From an uncultured Chloroflexia bacterium (lineage in GTDB: Bacteria > Chloroflexota > Limnocylindria > Limnocylindrales > CSP1-4): 64,000 nt of DNA. The stretch spans positions 576,001 to 640,000 of the forward strand of contig CAVVCZ010000004.1 in NCBI GenBank assembly GCA_963746845.1, given 5' to 3'. Both the position numbers and the translations under genes were made by a program. Each line of letters starts with the position of its first letter. The first letter of the stretch is position 1. Positions 9,779 to 20,258 of this stretch are shown in pieces. The notes under the pieces are model-generated. The model saw only the letters and a list, made by a program, of their open reading frames with translations, had not been told where the DNA came from and made no database searches.

Positions 9779-10620
9779 GCGTGCGCCGGATCGGCTTCGC
9801 CTACAACCCGACCAACGATGCGGCGATCGAGCTGCGCGAGCGGGCCGACGGCTGGTGCCGGATGCACGGGGTCGACCAATGGGCGGCCCAGGCCCAGGAC
9901 TTCGACACGCTCTGCCGCGAGCTCGCGACGACTGACGTCCTCGTCGTGCTCGGTGGCGACGGCACGCTGCTGCGGGCCGCGCGGGCGGTCATCCAGGTCG
10001 ACGTGCCGCTGCTCGGGATGAACCTCGGCAAGATCGGCTTCCTCTCGAAGGTGGAGGCGAACGAGCTGGAGGCCGTCCTCGACAAGCTCGTGGCGGGGGA
10101 GTTCACGCTCGACGAGCGGATGGCGCTCGAAGCCCGGATCCTGCCGGAGGGCCGGGCCGACGGCGCGGCGGTCCATCACGCCCTCAACGACATCGTGATC
10201 GCGCGCGGCGCACTCGCGAGGGTGGTCCGGCTGGACGTCGCGATCGGACCGAGCCACCTCGCGACGTTCATCGCCGACGGGCTCGTCGTCTCGAGCCCGA
10301 CCGGCTCCACCGGCTACTCGTTCAGCGCGGGTGGGCCGGTCGTCGCGCCGGACAGCCGGAACCTCATCGTCACCCCGATCGCGGGTTACCTCTCGGCCAT
10401 CCGGTCGGTGGTGGTGGGGCCGGACCAGATCGTCCGGTGCCGGATCATCGACGCGAACGAGGCGATCGTCTCGATCGACGGCCGCGACGACGTGCCGGTC
10501 AACGTCGGCGACGTCGTCGAGGTCCGCGCCCTGGCCCGGCCGATCCGGCTCGTCGAGCCCGCGGGGAGCCAGCCGTTCTGGGACCTGTTCCGCCGGAAGG
10601 TCGAGCTGCTGCCCTCATGA
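9775..10620 (+). CDS. nadK: NAD kinase
   Basis: LGGDGT, NLGKIGFL, ALND and SPTGSTGYSFSAGG. Confidence 0.95.
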   Translation: MSVRRIGFAYNPTNDAAIELRERADGWCRMHGVDQWAAQAQDFDTLCRELATTDVLVVLGGDGTLLRAARAVIQVDVPLLGMNLGKIGFLSKVEANELEAVLDKLVAGEFTLDERMALEARILPEGRADGAAVHHALNDIVIARGALARVVRLDVAIGPSHLATFIADGLVVSSPTGSTGYSFSAGGPVVAPDSRNLIVTPIAGYLSAIRSVVVGPDQIVRCRIIDANEAIVSIDGRDDVPVNVGDVVEVRALARPIRLVEPAGSQPFWDLFRRKVELLPS

Positions 10621-12401
10621 GCCGCCAGCCGATCGCCGTCATGGCGGCCGCCGACGACGACGCCGGCTCCGACCCCGGCGACGGCGGGGTATCGTCGGCC
10701 CTCGGACGGCTGATCGAGCTGACCGTCAACGACCTGGCGCTGATCGATCGTCTCCGCCTGGAGCTCGCCCCGGGGTTCAACGTCTTCACCGGCGAGACCG
10801 GGGCAGGCAAGAGCCTGCTCATCGACGCGCTCGGGCTGGCCACCGGCGCCCGCGCGGATACGACCCTCGTCCGGCACGGCGCCGACGCCGCGCGGGTCAC
10901 GGCCCTGTTCGACCGGCTTCCGGAGCCCCTGATCGCGACACGCGAGGTCTCGGCCGGCGGTCGATCCACCGCGCGACTCGACGACGAGCCGGTGACCGCG
11001 GCGCGTCTCGCGGAGGTCACCGGCGGCCTTGTCGAGATCCACGGCCAGCACGACCAGCAGCGGCTCCTCGACGAGCGCTGGCAGCGCGACCTGCTCGACG
11101 CCTTCGGCGGGCACGCGCCGCTCCGAGCGACGATGGCGGCCGCCGTGGACCGCTGGCGGGAGAACCGGGCGTTGCTCGCCACGCTCGAGCTCGACCCGCG
11201 CGAGCTGGCGCGTCGCCTCGAGCTGGCCGAGCACGAGGCGAACGAGATCGCCGCCGCGCGGCTGCAGCCGGGCGAGGCGGAGGCCATCCGCGGCCGGCTC
11301 GACGCGGCCCAGCACGGGGAGGCGATCGCCCGGGGCGGCGCGGCGCTCGTCGAGGCACTGGCCGGCGAGGAAGGCAGCGCCCGCGAGCTGACGGCCGTCG
11401 GACTGCGCGAGGCACGGACGATCGCCCGTCTGGACCCGCGGTTCGAGCCGCTCGCCGAACGGCTGGCCGGTCTGGAGGCGGAGCTGGAGGACGTCGCGTC
11501 CACGGCGCGCGACCTGGCCGAGACCATCGACCACGACCCGGACGAGCTCGCCCGGCTGTCGGACCGCCTGTCGGCGATCTACGCGCTGGAGCGGCGCTAC
11601 GGCGACGACGAGGCCGCAGTGATCGCCCACGGGGAGCGCGCCGCCGCCGAGGCCGAGCGACTCCGGGGGCTGGACGACGAGCGGGCCCGGCGCCAGGCGG
11701 ACGACGCCCGCCGGCTGGAACGGGTCGCCGCGGCAGCCGCGGACCTCTCGGCCGCGCGCACGACCGCCGCGTCACAGCTCGGAACGGCGGTGGAGGCCGT
11801 CCTCGTCGAGCTCGGCTTCCCGACGGGCGTGTTCGAGGTGGGTCTCGGACGGCTCCCGGCGGGCAAGGACGAAGCCGCGGTCGAGGTCGACGGCGACGCG
11901 CTCGCGTTTGATGCGAGCGGGATCGACGAGGTCGTGTTCCGTCTCGCCCCGAACCCGGGCGAGCCACCGCGCCCGCTGGCCCGCATCGCGTCGGGCGGCG
12001 AGCTCAGCCGTGTCGCGCTCGCGATCCGGCAGGTCCTCGCCGAGGCCGACGCCACGCCGACGCTCGTGTTCGACGAGATCGACACGGGCATCGGGGGCCG
12101 GAGCGCCGATCCGATCGGTCGCAGCCTCTGGTCGCTCGCCCGCGACCACCAGGTCCTGTGCGTCACCCACCTGCCGGGGATCGCCGCCCACGCGGATGCG
12201 CACTTCTCGATCGCGAAGCGCGAACGGGACGGGCGAACCGTGACGGAGGTCCGGCGGCTCGGGCGCGAGGAGCGGATCGTCGAGCTGGGCGCGATGATCG
12301 CCGGCGGCGAGGCGGGGCAGGGGACGGCGGCGCTTGCGTCTGCCCGCGAGCTGCTGGACCGGGCGGAGGTCTGGCGGGGCCGCGCCGTGGCGTCCGCCTG
12401 A
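10617..12401 (+). CDS. recN: DNA repair protein RecN
   Basis: TGETGAGKS, IHGQHDQQ, ASGGELSR, FDEIDTG and CVTHLP. Confidence 0.95.
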   Translation: MSRQPIAVMAAADDDAGSDPGDGGVSSALGRLIELTVNDLALIDRLRLELAPGFNVFTGETGAGKSLLIDALGLATGARADTTLVRHGADAARVTALFDRLPEPLIATREVSAGGRSTARLDDEPVTAARLAEVTGGLVEIHGQHDQQRLLDERWQRDLLDAFGGHAPLRATMAAAVDRWRENRALLATLELDPRELARRLELAEHEANEIAAARLQPGEAEAIRGRLDAAQHGEAIARGGAALVEALAGEEGSARELTAVGLREARTIARLDPRFEPLAERLAGLEAELEDVASTARDLAETIDHDPDELARLSDRLSAIYALERRYGDDEAAVIAHGERAAAEAERLRGLDDERARRQADDARRLERVAAAAADLSAARTTAASQLGTAVEAVLVELGFPTGVFEVGLGRLPAGKDEAAVEVDGDALAFDASGIDEVVFRLAPNPGEPPRPLARIASGGELSRVALAIRQVLAEADATPTLVFDEIDTGIGGRSADPIGRSLWSLARDHQVLCVTHLPGIAAHADAHFSIAKRERDGRTVTEVRRLGREERIVELGAMIAGGEAGQGTAALASARELLDRAEVWRGRAVASA

Positions 12402-12409
12402 TCGCATCC

Positions 12410-13321
12410 GTGCCGACGCCGTCACTGGACCAGGCGATCGACGAGTACCTGACCTACCTCCGCGTCGAGCGCGGACTCTCGCCGGCGACGATCCGCGCGT
12501 ACCGCGGCGACCTCACGGACTTCGCCGCGGGAAGCGGTGTTGCGACGACCTGGGCGGACGGCCCGGAGGCAGCCCGCCGACACCTCGCGGCGCGCACGCG
12601 ACGCGGCCGCCCGAGCGACCCCGGCCTGGCCCCGACGTCGCTCCGCCGCCGCGCGGCGAGCATCCGCGGCTTCTACCGGTTCGCGTACGGCGACGGCCTG
12701 ATCGGTCGGGATGTCGCCGCCCACATCGATCTGCCCCGGCAGGGCCGGCTCCTGCCCGAGACGCTGACCGTCGCCGAGGTCGAGGCACTCCTGGAGGCGG
12801 CGCCGGACCTGCGCGGCCGGGCGCTCCTCGAGCTGCTGTACGCCGCGGGCCTCCGGGTGAGCGAGGCGCTCGGCCTCGACCGCGAGGACCTGTCACTCGA
12901 GGGCGGCTTCGTCCGCGTCATCGGGAAGGGCGATCGCGAACGGCTCGTGCCGGTCGGCGACATCGCGCTGGACTGGCTCGTCCGGTGGCTGGACGAGGGG
13001 CGGCCAACGCTCCTCGCCCTCCATCACGTCGAGCCCCTCCGCGGCGGACCGCTGTTCCTCGGCGATCGCGGCGGCCGCCTTGCCCGGCAGCAGGCCTTCG
13101 CGATCGTGCGCGCCGCCGCCCGCCGAGCCGGGCTGCAGAGCGGGGTGTCGCCGCACACGCTGCGCCACTCGTTCGCGACGCATCTCCTCGAGGGCGGAGC
13201 GGATCTCCGGATCGTCCAGGAGTTGCTCGGACATGCGAGTATCTCCACCACCCAGCTCTACACGCACCTCACCGGCGAGCGCGTCCGGGAGGTTTACGCC
13301 AGGGCCCATCCCCGGGCCTGA
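12410..13321 (+). CDS. xerD: Tyrosine recombinase XerD
   Basis: VERGLSPATIRAY, GLRVSE, GKGDRER, HTLRHSFATH, LGH and TTQLY; recN/scpAB context. Confidence 0.85.
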   Translation: MPTPSLDQAIDEYLTYLRVERGLSPATIRAYRGDLTDFAAGSGVATTWADGPEAARRHLAARTRRGRPSDPGLAPTSLRRRAASIRGFYRFAYGDGLIGRDVAAHIDLPRQGRLLPETLTVAEVEALLEAAPDLRGRALLELLYAAGLRVSEALGLDREDLSLEGGFVRVIGKGDRERLVPVGDIALDWLVRWLDEGRPTLLALHHVEPLRGGPLFLGDRGGRLARQQAFAIVRAAARRAGLQSGVSPHTLRHSFATHLLEGGADLRIVQELLGHASISTTQLYTHLTGERVREVYARAHPRA

Positions 13322-13344
13322 TCCTGAGAGGGAGCATCACCGTC

Positions 13345-14046
13345 GTGGCCTACGTCGAGAACCTCCTTGCCGACGGAGAGCAGCTGCTCCGCCGTGAGCA
13401 CCAGCACTGGTTCGTGCTCATCGCGAACGCGGTCTACGCGATCCTGATGTGGTTCATTGCCGTCCTCATCCTGATCCTCAGCGCTGCGCTCTTCCGGGGC
13501 AACGCCGGGCTGAGCTCGATCGCGGGCTGGGTCGTCGTCGGCCTCGTGATCGTCGGCCTCGCGTGGTTCGCGTGGCAGGCCCTGCGCTGGCAGAACGAGG
13601 AATTCGTCATCACCACGCGGCGGGTCCTCCAGGCCGAGGGCGTCGTGAACAAGACCGTCATCGACAGCTCGCTCGAGAAGATCAACGACGCGATCCTCAA
13701 GGTCTCGATCTTCGGGCGGATCTTCGGCTTCGGCGACCTCGAGATCCTGACGGCCTCGGAGAGCGGCATCTCCCGTCTGCGGATGCTGCGCAACGCGAAC
13801 GAGTTCAAGCGGACGATGCTCGACGCAAAGCACGACCTCGAGCTCGAGCTGTCGGGCGCCAAGCCGATGCCGTCCCCGGCGATCCGGACGTCCACGGGCG
13901 GGGCCGCCGGCGGGTCGGCCCCCGCCGCGACGTCCGCGGAGGACCTCACGCGGACGCTCGCCGACCTCGCCGACCTGCGTGATCGCGGCGCCATCAGCGC
14001 GGAGGACTACGAGGCGAAGAAGGCGGATCTCCTGAGCCGGATCTGA
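13345..14046 (+). CDS. Membrane protein with bacterial PH domain and C-terminal SHOCT
   Basis: 2 TM helices, ITTRRV..GRIFGFGDLEI, LADLRDRGAISAEDYEAKKADLL. Confidence 0.8.
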   Translation: MAYVENLLADGEQLLRREHQHWFVLIANAVYAILMWFIAVLILILSAALFRGNAGLSSIAGWVVVGLVIVGLAWFAWQALRWQNEEFVITTRRVLQAEGVVNKTVIDSSLEKINDAILKVSIFGRIFGFGDLEILTASESGISRLRMLRNANEFKRTMLDAKHDLELELSGAKPMPSPAIRTSTGGAAGGSAPAATSAEDLTRTLADLADLRDRGAISAEDYEAKKADLLSRI

Positions 14047-14088
14047 CGCCCGGTACGATTGCGCGGTCGCCGCAGCTGAGGAGCGTTC

Positions 14089-14766
14089 GTGCACCTGGAC
14101 CTGGCCCACCTGATCCCGAGCCTCATCGCGGCCGGGATGATCCTCCTGATCTCGTTCCCGGTCCACGAGTTCTCGCACGCCTACGCCGCCTGGCGGCTGG
14201 GTGACGGCACGGCCAAGCTGTTCGGCCGGCTCACGCTGAACCCGGTCGTCCACTTCGATCCGCTCGGCGGGTTCCTGCTCCTCGTGTCAAGCCTCTACGG
14301 GTTCGGCATCGGCTGGGCGAAGCCCACGCCGGTCAACCCGAACAACCTCCGCGCCGGACGCTACGGCGAGGCGTGGGTCGCGGCGGCCGGGCCCGTGTCC
14401 AACCTCGTCCTGGCGGGGCTCGGCGCCATCCCGTTGCGGCTGCTGATCGGTGCGGTGCGTGGCGGGACGGACGTGCCGGACATCGTCATCGAGACGCTGG
14501 TCAACTTCGTCATCATCAACATCGCCCTGCTGATCTTCAACTTCATCCCGGTCGCGCCGCTCGACGGGTCGAAGCTCCTGTTCGCCCTGATGAGCCCGCG
14601 CGCCGCCTACCAGTGGCGGCCGGTGCTGGAGCAGTACGGGCTCCTGATCCTGCTCGCGGTGGCGTTCCTGCCGATCCTGCCGGGTGGCCAGACGCTGTTC
14701 CAGGCGATCTTCATCCGGATCGGCGGGCCGATCATCAACCTGCTGATCGGCGTCGATGTCATCTAG
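14089..14766 (+). CDS. Site-2 protease (M50)
   Basis: HEFSH, GWAKPTPVN and NFIPVAPLDG. Confidence 0.9.
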   Translation: MHLDLAHLIPSLIAAGMILLISFPVHEFSHAYAAWRLGDGTAKLFGRLTLNPVVHFDPLGGFLLLVSSLYGFGIGWAKPTPVNPNNLRAGRYGEAWVAAAGPVSNLVLAGLGAIPLRLLIGAVRGGTDVPDIVIETLVNFVIINIALLIFNFIPVAPLDGSKLLFALMSPRAAYQWRPVLEQYGLLILLAVAFLPILPGGQTLFQAIFIRIGGPIINLLIGVDVI

Positions 14767-15271
14767 GCGCGCCGATCGGACGGCATCGTGGTGGGGCGAC
14801 AAGACCCGCCAGGCCGTCGCCCACCTGCGCGCCAGCGTGGACCGGGCGGAGCGGGCGGCACTGGCCGCGTGGCTCCGACCGGAGGAGCTGACCCTGTTCG
14901 ACGCGATGCACGTCGCGGATCGGCGGCACGGGCTGGACGTCGTCGCGTACCTGCGCGATGACGGGATGACCGAGGACGACGTCCTCGTCGCGGGCCTGCT
15001 CCACGACTGCGCGAAGGGCGACACCGGGCTCGGCCCGCGGGTGGCGTACTCGCTGGGGGAGCGGTACGGCCGGTGGATCGCGCGCCCGGCGACCCTCGTT
15101 CCGGGTTGGGGAGCGGCGCTCCAGCGACTCCGGGTCCATGCCGAGGCGTCCGCGCGGCTCACTGCGGCGGCCGGCTGCTCGCCGCGGACCGTCGAGCTGA
15201 TCCGCCACCAGGACCGCCCGGTCGATCCCGACGCGGGCGAGCGGCTGCGGCTGGCCGACGAGGCGAGCTGA
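14756..15271 (+). CDS. HD-domain protein
   Basis: DRRH, LLHDCAK, H..H and LRLADE. Confidence 0.8.
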   Translation: MSSRRADRTASWWGDKTRQAVAHLRASVDRAERAALAAWLRPEELTLFDAMHVADRRHGLDVVAYLRDDGMTEDDVLVAGLLHDCAKGDTGLGPRVAYSLGERYGRWIARPATLVPGWGAALQRLRVHAEASARLTAAAGCSPRTVELIRHQDRPVDPDAGERLRLADEAS

Positions 15272-16155
15272 TGGCCGTCGAGACGGGCGTCTCGATCGAC
15301 GCCCCGGCGGCGCCCGCCGTCGTGTTCGGGGCGGGTCGGCGGCCCGAGGCGTCGACGCAGGTCCGCCTCGAGAGCTTCGACGGGCCGCTGGCCCTGCTCC
15401 TCGCCCTGATCGAGGCGCGCCAGCTCGACGTGACGACGGTCCCGCTCGGCGCCCTCGCCGACGCCTATCTCGACGCCCTCGCCAACCTCGAGAGCGACCG
15501 GCTCGGCAATGTCAGCGCGTTCGTGGCCGTCGCCAGCCAGCTGATCCTCATCAAGAGCCGGGCGATCCTCCCGCGGCGGACCGAGACCGCACCGGGCGTG
15601 CTGCCCGAGGACGAGCCGGATCCGGAGGCCGAGCTCCGGGCGCGGCTGCTCCTGTACCGCGCCCACCGCGACGCCGGACGGCGGCTCCAGGAGGTCGCGA
15701 TCGAGCGCTTCGGCGTGTTCCGGCGCGAGCCGTCCGTCGCCGGAGCCTCCGGGCGGGCGGGCGCACGTCCGCCCGAGGGCCCGCCGATGGACGTCGCGGT
15801 CCTCGCCGCCGCCCTGGGACGGCTGGCGGTGATCGTCGAGCCGCCCGTGCCGCCCCCGGAGATCGTGCCGCGGACCATCACCCTGGCGGAGCGCGCGGAG
15901 ATCATCCGGGCGGCGATCCGCGGTGCGGGCACGATCGTCCTGCAGGACCTGCTCCGGGGCGTCCACGATCGGGTCGTGGTCGCGGTCACGTTCCTCGCGA
16001 TGCTCGAGCTGATGAAGCGGCGCGAGATCGTCGTGACGCAGGAGGCGCCGTGGGGACCGATCGTCGCGCGGGCGACGACGGCGGAGGAGCAGGCGCTGGC
16101 GGGCGTCGCCGTCGCCGACACGCCGATCGATGAGTCCCTGGAGTCGTTCGCGTGA
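15271..16155 (+). CDS. scpA: Segregation/condensation protein A
   Basis: FDGPLALLLALI, LILIKSR and TFLAMLELMK. Confidence 0.92.
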   Translation: MAVETGVSIDAPAAPAVVFGAGRRPEASTQVRLESFDGPLALLLALIEARQLDVTTVPLGALADAYLDALANLESDRLGNVSAFVAVASQLILIKSRAILPRRTETAPGVLPEDEPDPEAELRARLLLYRAHRDAGRRLQEVAIERFGVFRREPSVAGASGRAGARPPEGPPMDVAVLAAALGRLAVIVEPPVPPPEIVPRTITLAERAEIIRAAIRGAGTIVLQDLLRGVHDRVVVAVTFLAMLELMKRREIVVTQEAPWGPIVARATTAEEQALAGVAVADTPIDESLESFA

Positions 16156-16844
16156 TCGACGAGCCATCCGAGGCGGCCGCGGAGATCGCGCAGGAAGGAC
16201 ACCTGGACATCGATCACGGACCGGCCGCCGAGCAGCTCTCGGAGTCGCAGCTCGAGGCGCTTCTCTTCGTCGCCGAGCGACCGCTCACCAGACGCGAGAT
16301 CGCGACCGCCGCAGGCGTGGACCGGGCGACCGTCGACGCGCGGCTCGGCGACCTCGAGATCGCTCTGGCCGACCGTGGGATCCGGCTCGTGCTGTCCGGC
16401 GACCGCGTCGAGCTCGTGACCGCTCCGGACGCCGGCGCCCTGATCGCCCGCTACGTCGGCGTCGACGCGATCCGGCTGTCGCCGGCCGCGCTCGAGACGC
16501 TCGCGATCGTCGCCTATCGGCAGCCGGTCACGAAGTCGGCCGTCGAGCGGATCCGCGGCGTCGACTCGGACTACACGATCCGCTCGCTGCTCCATCGGCG
16601 GCTCGTCGTCGAGCTGGGTCGGTCGGAGGCACCCGGTCGGCCGTTCCTGTACGGCACCGGCTTCGAGTTCCTCGAGCGGTTCGGGCTGACCAGCCTCGAG
16701 GAGCTGCCGCCGCTCGACGTCGAGGTCGCGGCGCGTCTGATCGAGGAGGAGGACCGGGCGGCGGCAGATTCGGAGGCGTCGAACGGGACGGACGCGGCTG
16801 GCCCGGAGCCCGCGTCGTCGAACGGGGCCACCGAGCCCGGCTGA
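16152..16844 (+). CDS. scpB: Segregation/condensation protein B
   Basis: LEALLF, LETLAIVAYRQPVT, IRGVDS and FLERFGL. Confidence 0.95.
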   Translation: MIDEPSEAAAEIAQEGHLDIDHGPAAEQLSESQLEALLFVAERPLTRREIATAAGVDRATVDARLGDLEIALADRGIRLVLSGDRVELVTAPDAGALIARYVGVDAIRLSPAALETLAIVAYRQPVTKSAVERIRGVDSDYTIRSLLHRRLVVELGRSEAPGRPFLYGTGFEFLERFGLTSLEELPPLDVEVAARLIEEEDRAAADSEASNGTDAAGPEPASSNGATEPG

Positions 16845-17677
16845 TGCCGCCCGAACGGCTCCAGAAGGTCCTCGCGGCCGCGGGCGTCGCGTCCCGGCGT
16901 GCGAGCGAGGGCTTGATCGCCGCCGGCCGTGTCAAGGTCGACGGCAAGCGGGCGACGATCGGCCAGCAGGTCGACCCCGCGACGGCGGTCATCGAGGTCG
17001 ACGGCCTCCTCGTCGGCGCGGCCGCCCGGACCACGTACCTGCTGCTCCACAAGCCGGCCGGCGTCACCTCCACGACGCACGATCGACACGCCGATACGAC
17101 CGTCCTCGACCTCGTCCCGACCGCGCTCGTCCCGGACGGCGCCCGGCTCTACCCGGTCGGCCGGCTCGACCAGGACAGCGAGGGTCTGCTCCTCCTCACG
17201 AACGACGGCGCCTGGTCCGAGCGGGTGCTCCACCCACGGTTCGGCGTGGAGCGCGAGTACGCGTTGGCGGTGCGCCGCCCGCTCGACCACGACCAGGTAG
17301 CGGCGCTGGAGCAGGGGATCCCCCTCGAGGAAGGCCTCGCGACGCTCCACCACCTCCGCCTGATGACCGCCACCGAGGTCGGCAAGCTCGTCGACCTGCT
17401 CGCGCCGTCCCCGCCTTCGGATGTCACGTGGTACCGGGCGACCCTCCGGCAGGGGTGGAAGCGCCAGCTCCGCCGCATGTTCGGCGCCGTCGAGGCCCCG
17501 ATCGAACGGCTGGTCCGCGTCCGGATCGGCCCGGTCCGGATCGACGGCCTGCGCGGCGGCCGGGTCCGCCCGTTGAAGGCCCCGGAGGTCCGCGGGCTCG
17601 CGAGCGGCGGCGGACGCTCCCGCGACGACCGTCCGGCGGAAGCGTCTCGCCCGGAGCGGAAGCCCGAGCGGCTCTGA
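16844..17677 (+). CDS. rluB: rRNA pseudouridine synthase, RluB/RsuA family
   Basis: ERLQKVLAAAGVASRR, HKPAG and VGRLDQDSEGLLLLTNDG. Confidence 0.9.
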   Translation: MPPERLQKVLAAAGVASRRASEGLIAAGRVKVDGKRATIGQQVDPATAVIEVDGLLVGAAARTTYLLLHKPAGVTSTTHDRHADTTVLDLVPTALVPDGARLYPVGRLDQDSEGLLLLTNDGAWSERVLHPRFGVEREYALAVRRPLDHDQVAALEQGIPLEEGLATLHHLRLMTATEVGKLVDLLAPSPPSDVTWYRATLRQGWKRQLRRMFGAVEAPIERLVRVRIGPVRIDGLRGGRVRPLKAPEVRGLASGGGRSRDDRPAEASRPERKPERL

Positions 17678-17703
17678 CGATCGGGAGCGGTATCCTCGAC
17701 GTC

Positions 17704-18426
17704 GTGACCACTGCCCACCCCGGTCTCGTCGTCGCCCTCGACGGCCCCGGCTCGTCCGGCAAGTCGAGCGTCGGAGCCGCTGCGGCCCTCCGGCTCGGCT
17801 ACCGCTTCTGCGACACCGGCCTCCTGTACCGCGCGGCGACGTGGCTCGCCCTCGAGCGGCGCGTTCGCGTCGACGGCGACGGGGTCGATCCACAGGCGCT
17901 GGTCGCGCTCGTGCCGGAGATCGAGCTCGTCCCCGACGAGAACGGCCGCCTCGCCCACGTGAGCGTGGCCGGGGAGGATGTGACCGACGACGTCCACACG
18001 CCGCGGGTCGACGAGGCCGTCTCGGCTGTCAGCCGGGTCGGCGAGCTCCGGACGGCCCTGCTCGAACGCCAGCGGGCGCTCGCCGGGCAGCCGGGCGGGA
18101 TCGTCATGGCGGGCCGTGACATCGGGACGGTCGTGCTGCCCGACGCGGACCTGAAGCTCTTCCTGGACGCGTCGGTCGAGGAGCGGGCGCGACGCCGGAC
18201 GGAGGAGCGCGAGGTCGACCCGGACAGCCAGGAGGCGCGGTTCATCCTCGCCCAGCTTCGCCGGCGCGACGAGCTCGACAGCAACCGGGTGGTGGCCCCC
18301 CTCCGAGCGGCCGACGACGCGATCCACATCGTCACCGACGGCAACACGTTCGAGCAGACGGTCGACGCGGTCGCCGACGCGATCCGGGCCGCCGAGACGC
18401 GCGCGCTCCCCGCGAACGCCCGATGA
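17704..18426 (+). CDS. cmk: Cytidylate kinase
   Basis: DGPGSSGKS, DTGLLYR and GRDIGTVV. Confidence 0.95.
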   Translation: MTTAHPGLVVALDGPGSSGKSSVGAAAALRLGYRFCDTGLLYRAATWLALERRVRVDGDGVDPQALVALVPEIELVPDENGRLAHVSVAGEDVTDDVHTPRVDEAVSAVSRVGELRTALLERQRALAGQPGGIVMAGRDIGTVVLPDADLKLFLDASVEERARRRTEEREVDPDSQEARFILAQLRRRDELDSNRVVAPLRAADDAIHIVTDGNTFEQTVDAVADAIRAAETRALPANAR

Positions 18427-19214
18427 CGACGACCGACGCGACCGAGATCCCCGATGCCGAGGCTGGCGCCGAGACACCTGCGTCGCCGGTCACGCCCGAG
18501 CGCCCGTCGGCGAAGCCGGCGATCGACGAGGACGAGCTGTTCCGCGAGGACCTGACCCTCCTGATCAGCGGGACGGCGCTCGGAGCGCGGACGCTCGCCA
18601 GATGTCTCACACGGGTCCAGGTCGAGGGCGATCCGGGCCTGATCCCGCGGGCCGGCCCGGTGATCCTCGCGAGCAACCACATCTCGAACGCGGACCCGGT
18701 GATCATCGGCTCGTGGCTCACCCCGAAGCTCGGCCGGCGGATCCACTGGCTCGGCAAGAAGGAGATGTTCGAGTGGCCGATCGTCGGCTGGATGGCGCGC
18801 AACGGCGGTGTCGTCCCGGTCGATCGCGCGGCCGCCGATGTCGACGCGTTCCGGCTCGCCCAGCGGATTCTCTCGGCCGGGCTCGTGCTGATGGTCTTTC
18901 CCGAAGGGACGCGCAGCCCGACCGGCGAGCTGCAGGTACCGAAGGACGGGCTGGCGATGCTCGCGCTCCGGACGAACGCGACGATCGTCCCGATCGGGAT
19001 GTCGAACACGGACCGGGTCTGGAAGAAGGGCTCGTTCCTGCCCCGGCCGGGCGGCCACGCCACCATGCGGATCGGGGAGCCCTTCAAGGTCGGCGACCTG
19101 CTGCCACCGGACGTGAACCGCAAGTCGGCGAAGGGCCTCGCGACGACGCTGATCATGGGTCGGATCGCCGCCCTCCTCGACGAGCGGCACCGGGGCGCCT
19201 ACGCCGGGGACTGA
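18423..19214 (+). CDS. plsC: 1-acyl-sn-glycerol-3-phosphate acyltransferase
   Basis: NHISNAD and FPEGTRS. Confidence 0.9.
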   Translation: MTTTDATEIPDAEAGAETPASPVTPERPSAKPAIDEDELFREDLTLLISGTALGARTLARCLTRVQVEGDPGLIPRAGPVILASNHISNADPVIIGSWLTPKLGRRIHWLGKKEMFEWPIVGWMARNGGVVPVDRAAADVDAFRLAQRILSAGLVLMVFPEGTRSPTGELQVPKDGLAMLALRTNATIVPIGMSNTDRVWKKGSFLPRPGGHATMRIGEPFKVGDLLPPDVNRKSAKGLATTLIMGRIAALLDERHRGAYAGD

Positions 19215-19259
19215 GCGCCGATCGGGGCGCCGAAGGGCGCATGCGATAATCGATCGATC

Positions 19260-20246
19260 ATGGGAACCGTCCGGGAGATCCGGATCGCCCGGCGTACCGG
19301 CTTCTGCTACGGCGTGCGCGAGGCGATCGACAAGGCCAAGGAGGCCCGCGCCGCGGGCAAGTCGACCCATACCCTCGGCCAGGTCGTCCACAACGAGGGC
19401 GTGATCGCGGATCTCGAGCGGCTGGGGATCGAGACGGTCGAGGCCCTCGACGACGTCGACCACGGGGCGGCGGTCGTGATCCGCGCCCACGGGGTGCGCC
19501 CGGACGTGATGGACCGGGCGAACGCCCGCGGTCTCGAGGTGATCGACGGCACCTGCACCTGGGTCATCCAGGAGCACAAGGAGCTCACCCGTCTCGTCGA
19601 CGAGGGCTACACGATCGTCCTGCTCGGCACGCCGAACCACGCCGAGGTCGTCGGGATGCTCGGTTTCGCGCCGGACGCGATCGTCGTCGACGAAGAGGAC
19701 GAGTGGGAGGCGAGGGTCCCGCGGAAGAAGCGGATGGCGCTGATCAGCCAGTCGACCCAGCCGCCGTGGAAGTTCGAGAAGCTCGCCGCGTTCATGGTCG
19801 GCCGCAGCCACGAGCTGAAGATCGTCAACACGGTCTGCCCGGTCACGATCCGGCGTCAGGAGGACACGGTCGAGGCCGCCCAGGAGGTCGACCTGATGGT
19901 CGTCGTCGGCGGACGGTCCAGCGCGAACACGAAGGAGCTGACCCGCCTCGTCGGGATCGCCGGCAAGCCCGCGATCCAGATCGAGGGCTGGAAGGACCTG
20001 ACGGATGCCACGGTGTTCGATGGCCGCGCGATCGTCGGGATCACCGGTGGCACGTCGACCCCGATCGAGGACCTGCGCGACGTCGCACGCCGCGTCCTGG
20101 AGATCGCCGGGACGCCCGAGGTCGCCGTCCGCGCCGACGAGCTCGCCCAGGAGGCGCTCGAAGGCGCCGCGACCCCCGCGGGCCGCACGACCTCGCTTCC
20201 CACCTTCGTCCACGAGGGCAGCGCGCCCACGTCCGGCGCGGCCTGA
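19260..20246 (+). CDS. ispH: HMBPP reductase
   Basis: GFCYGV, IRAHG, DGTCTWV, NTVCPVT, SANT and GTSTP; three Fe-S Cys intact. Confidence 0.95.
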   Translation: MGTVREIRIARRTGFCYGVREAIDKAKEARAAGKSTHTLGQVVHNEGVIADLERLGIETVEALDDVDHGAAVVIRAHGVRPDVMDRANARGLEVIDGTCTWVIQEHKELTRLVDEGYTIVLLGTPNHAEVVGMLGFAPDAIVVDEEDEWEARVPRKKRMALISQSTQPPWKFEKLAAFMVGRSHELKIVNTVCPVTIRRQEDTVEAAQEVDLMVVVGGRSSANTKELTRLVGIAGKPAIQIEGWKDLTDATVFDGRAIVGITGGTSTPIEDLRDVARRVLEIAGTPEVAVRADELAQEALEGAATPAGRTTSLPTFVHEGSAPTSGAA

Positions 20247-20258
20247 GGCCCGCTCCCG

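Noticed and set aside
12410-13321. Tyrosine recombinase as integrase for the tRNA islets
   Set aside because: XerD-like sequence in a housekeeping context, with no arm-binding domain and far from the att sites
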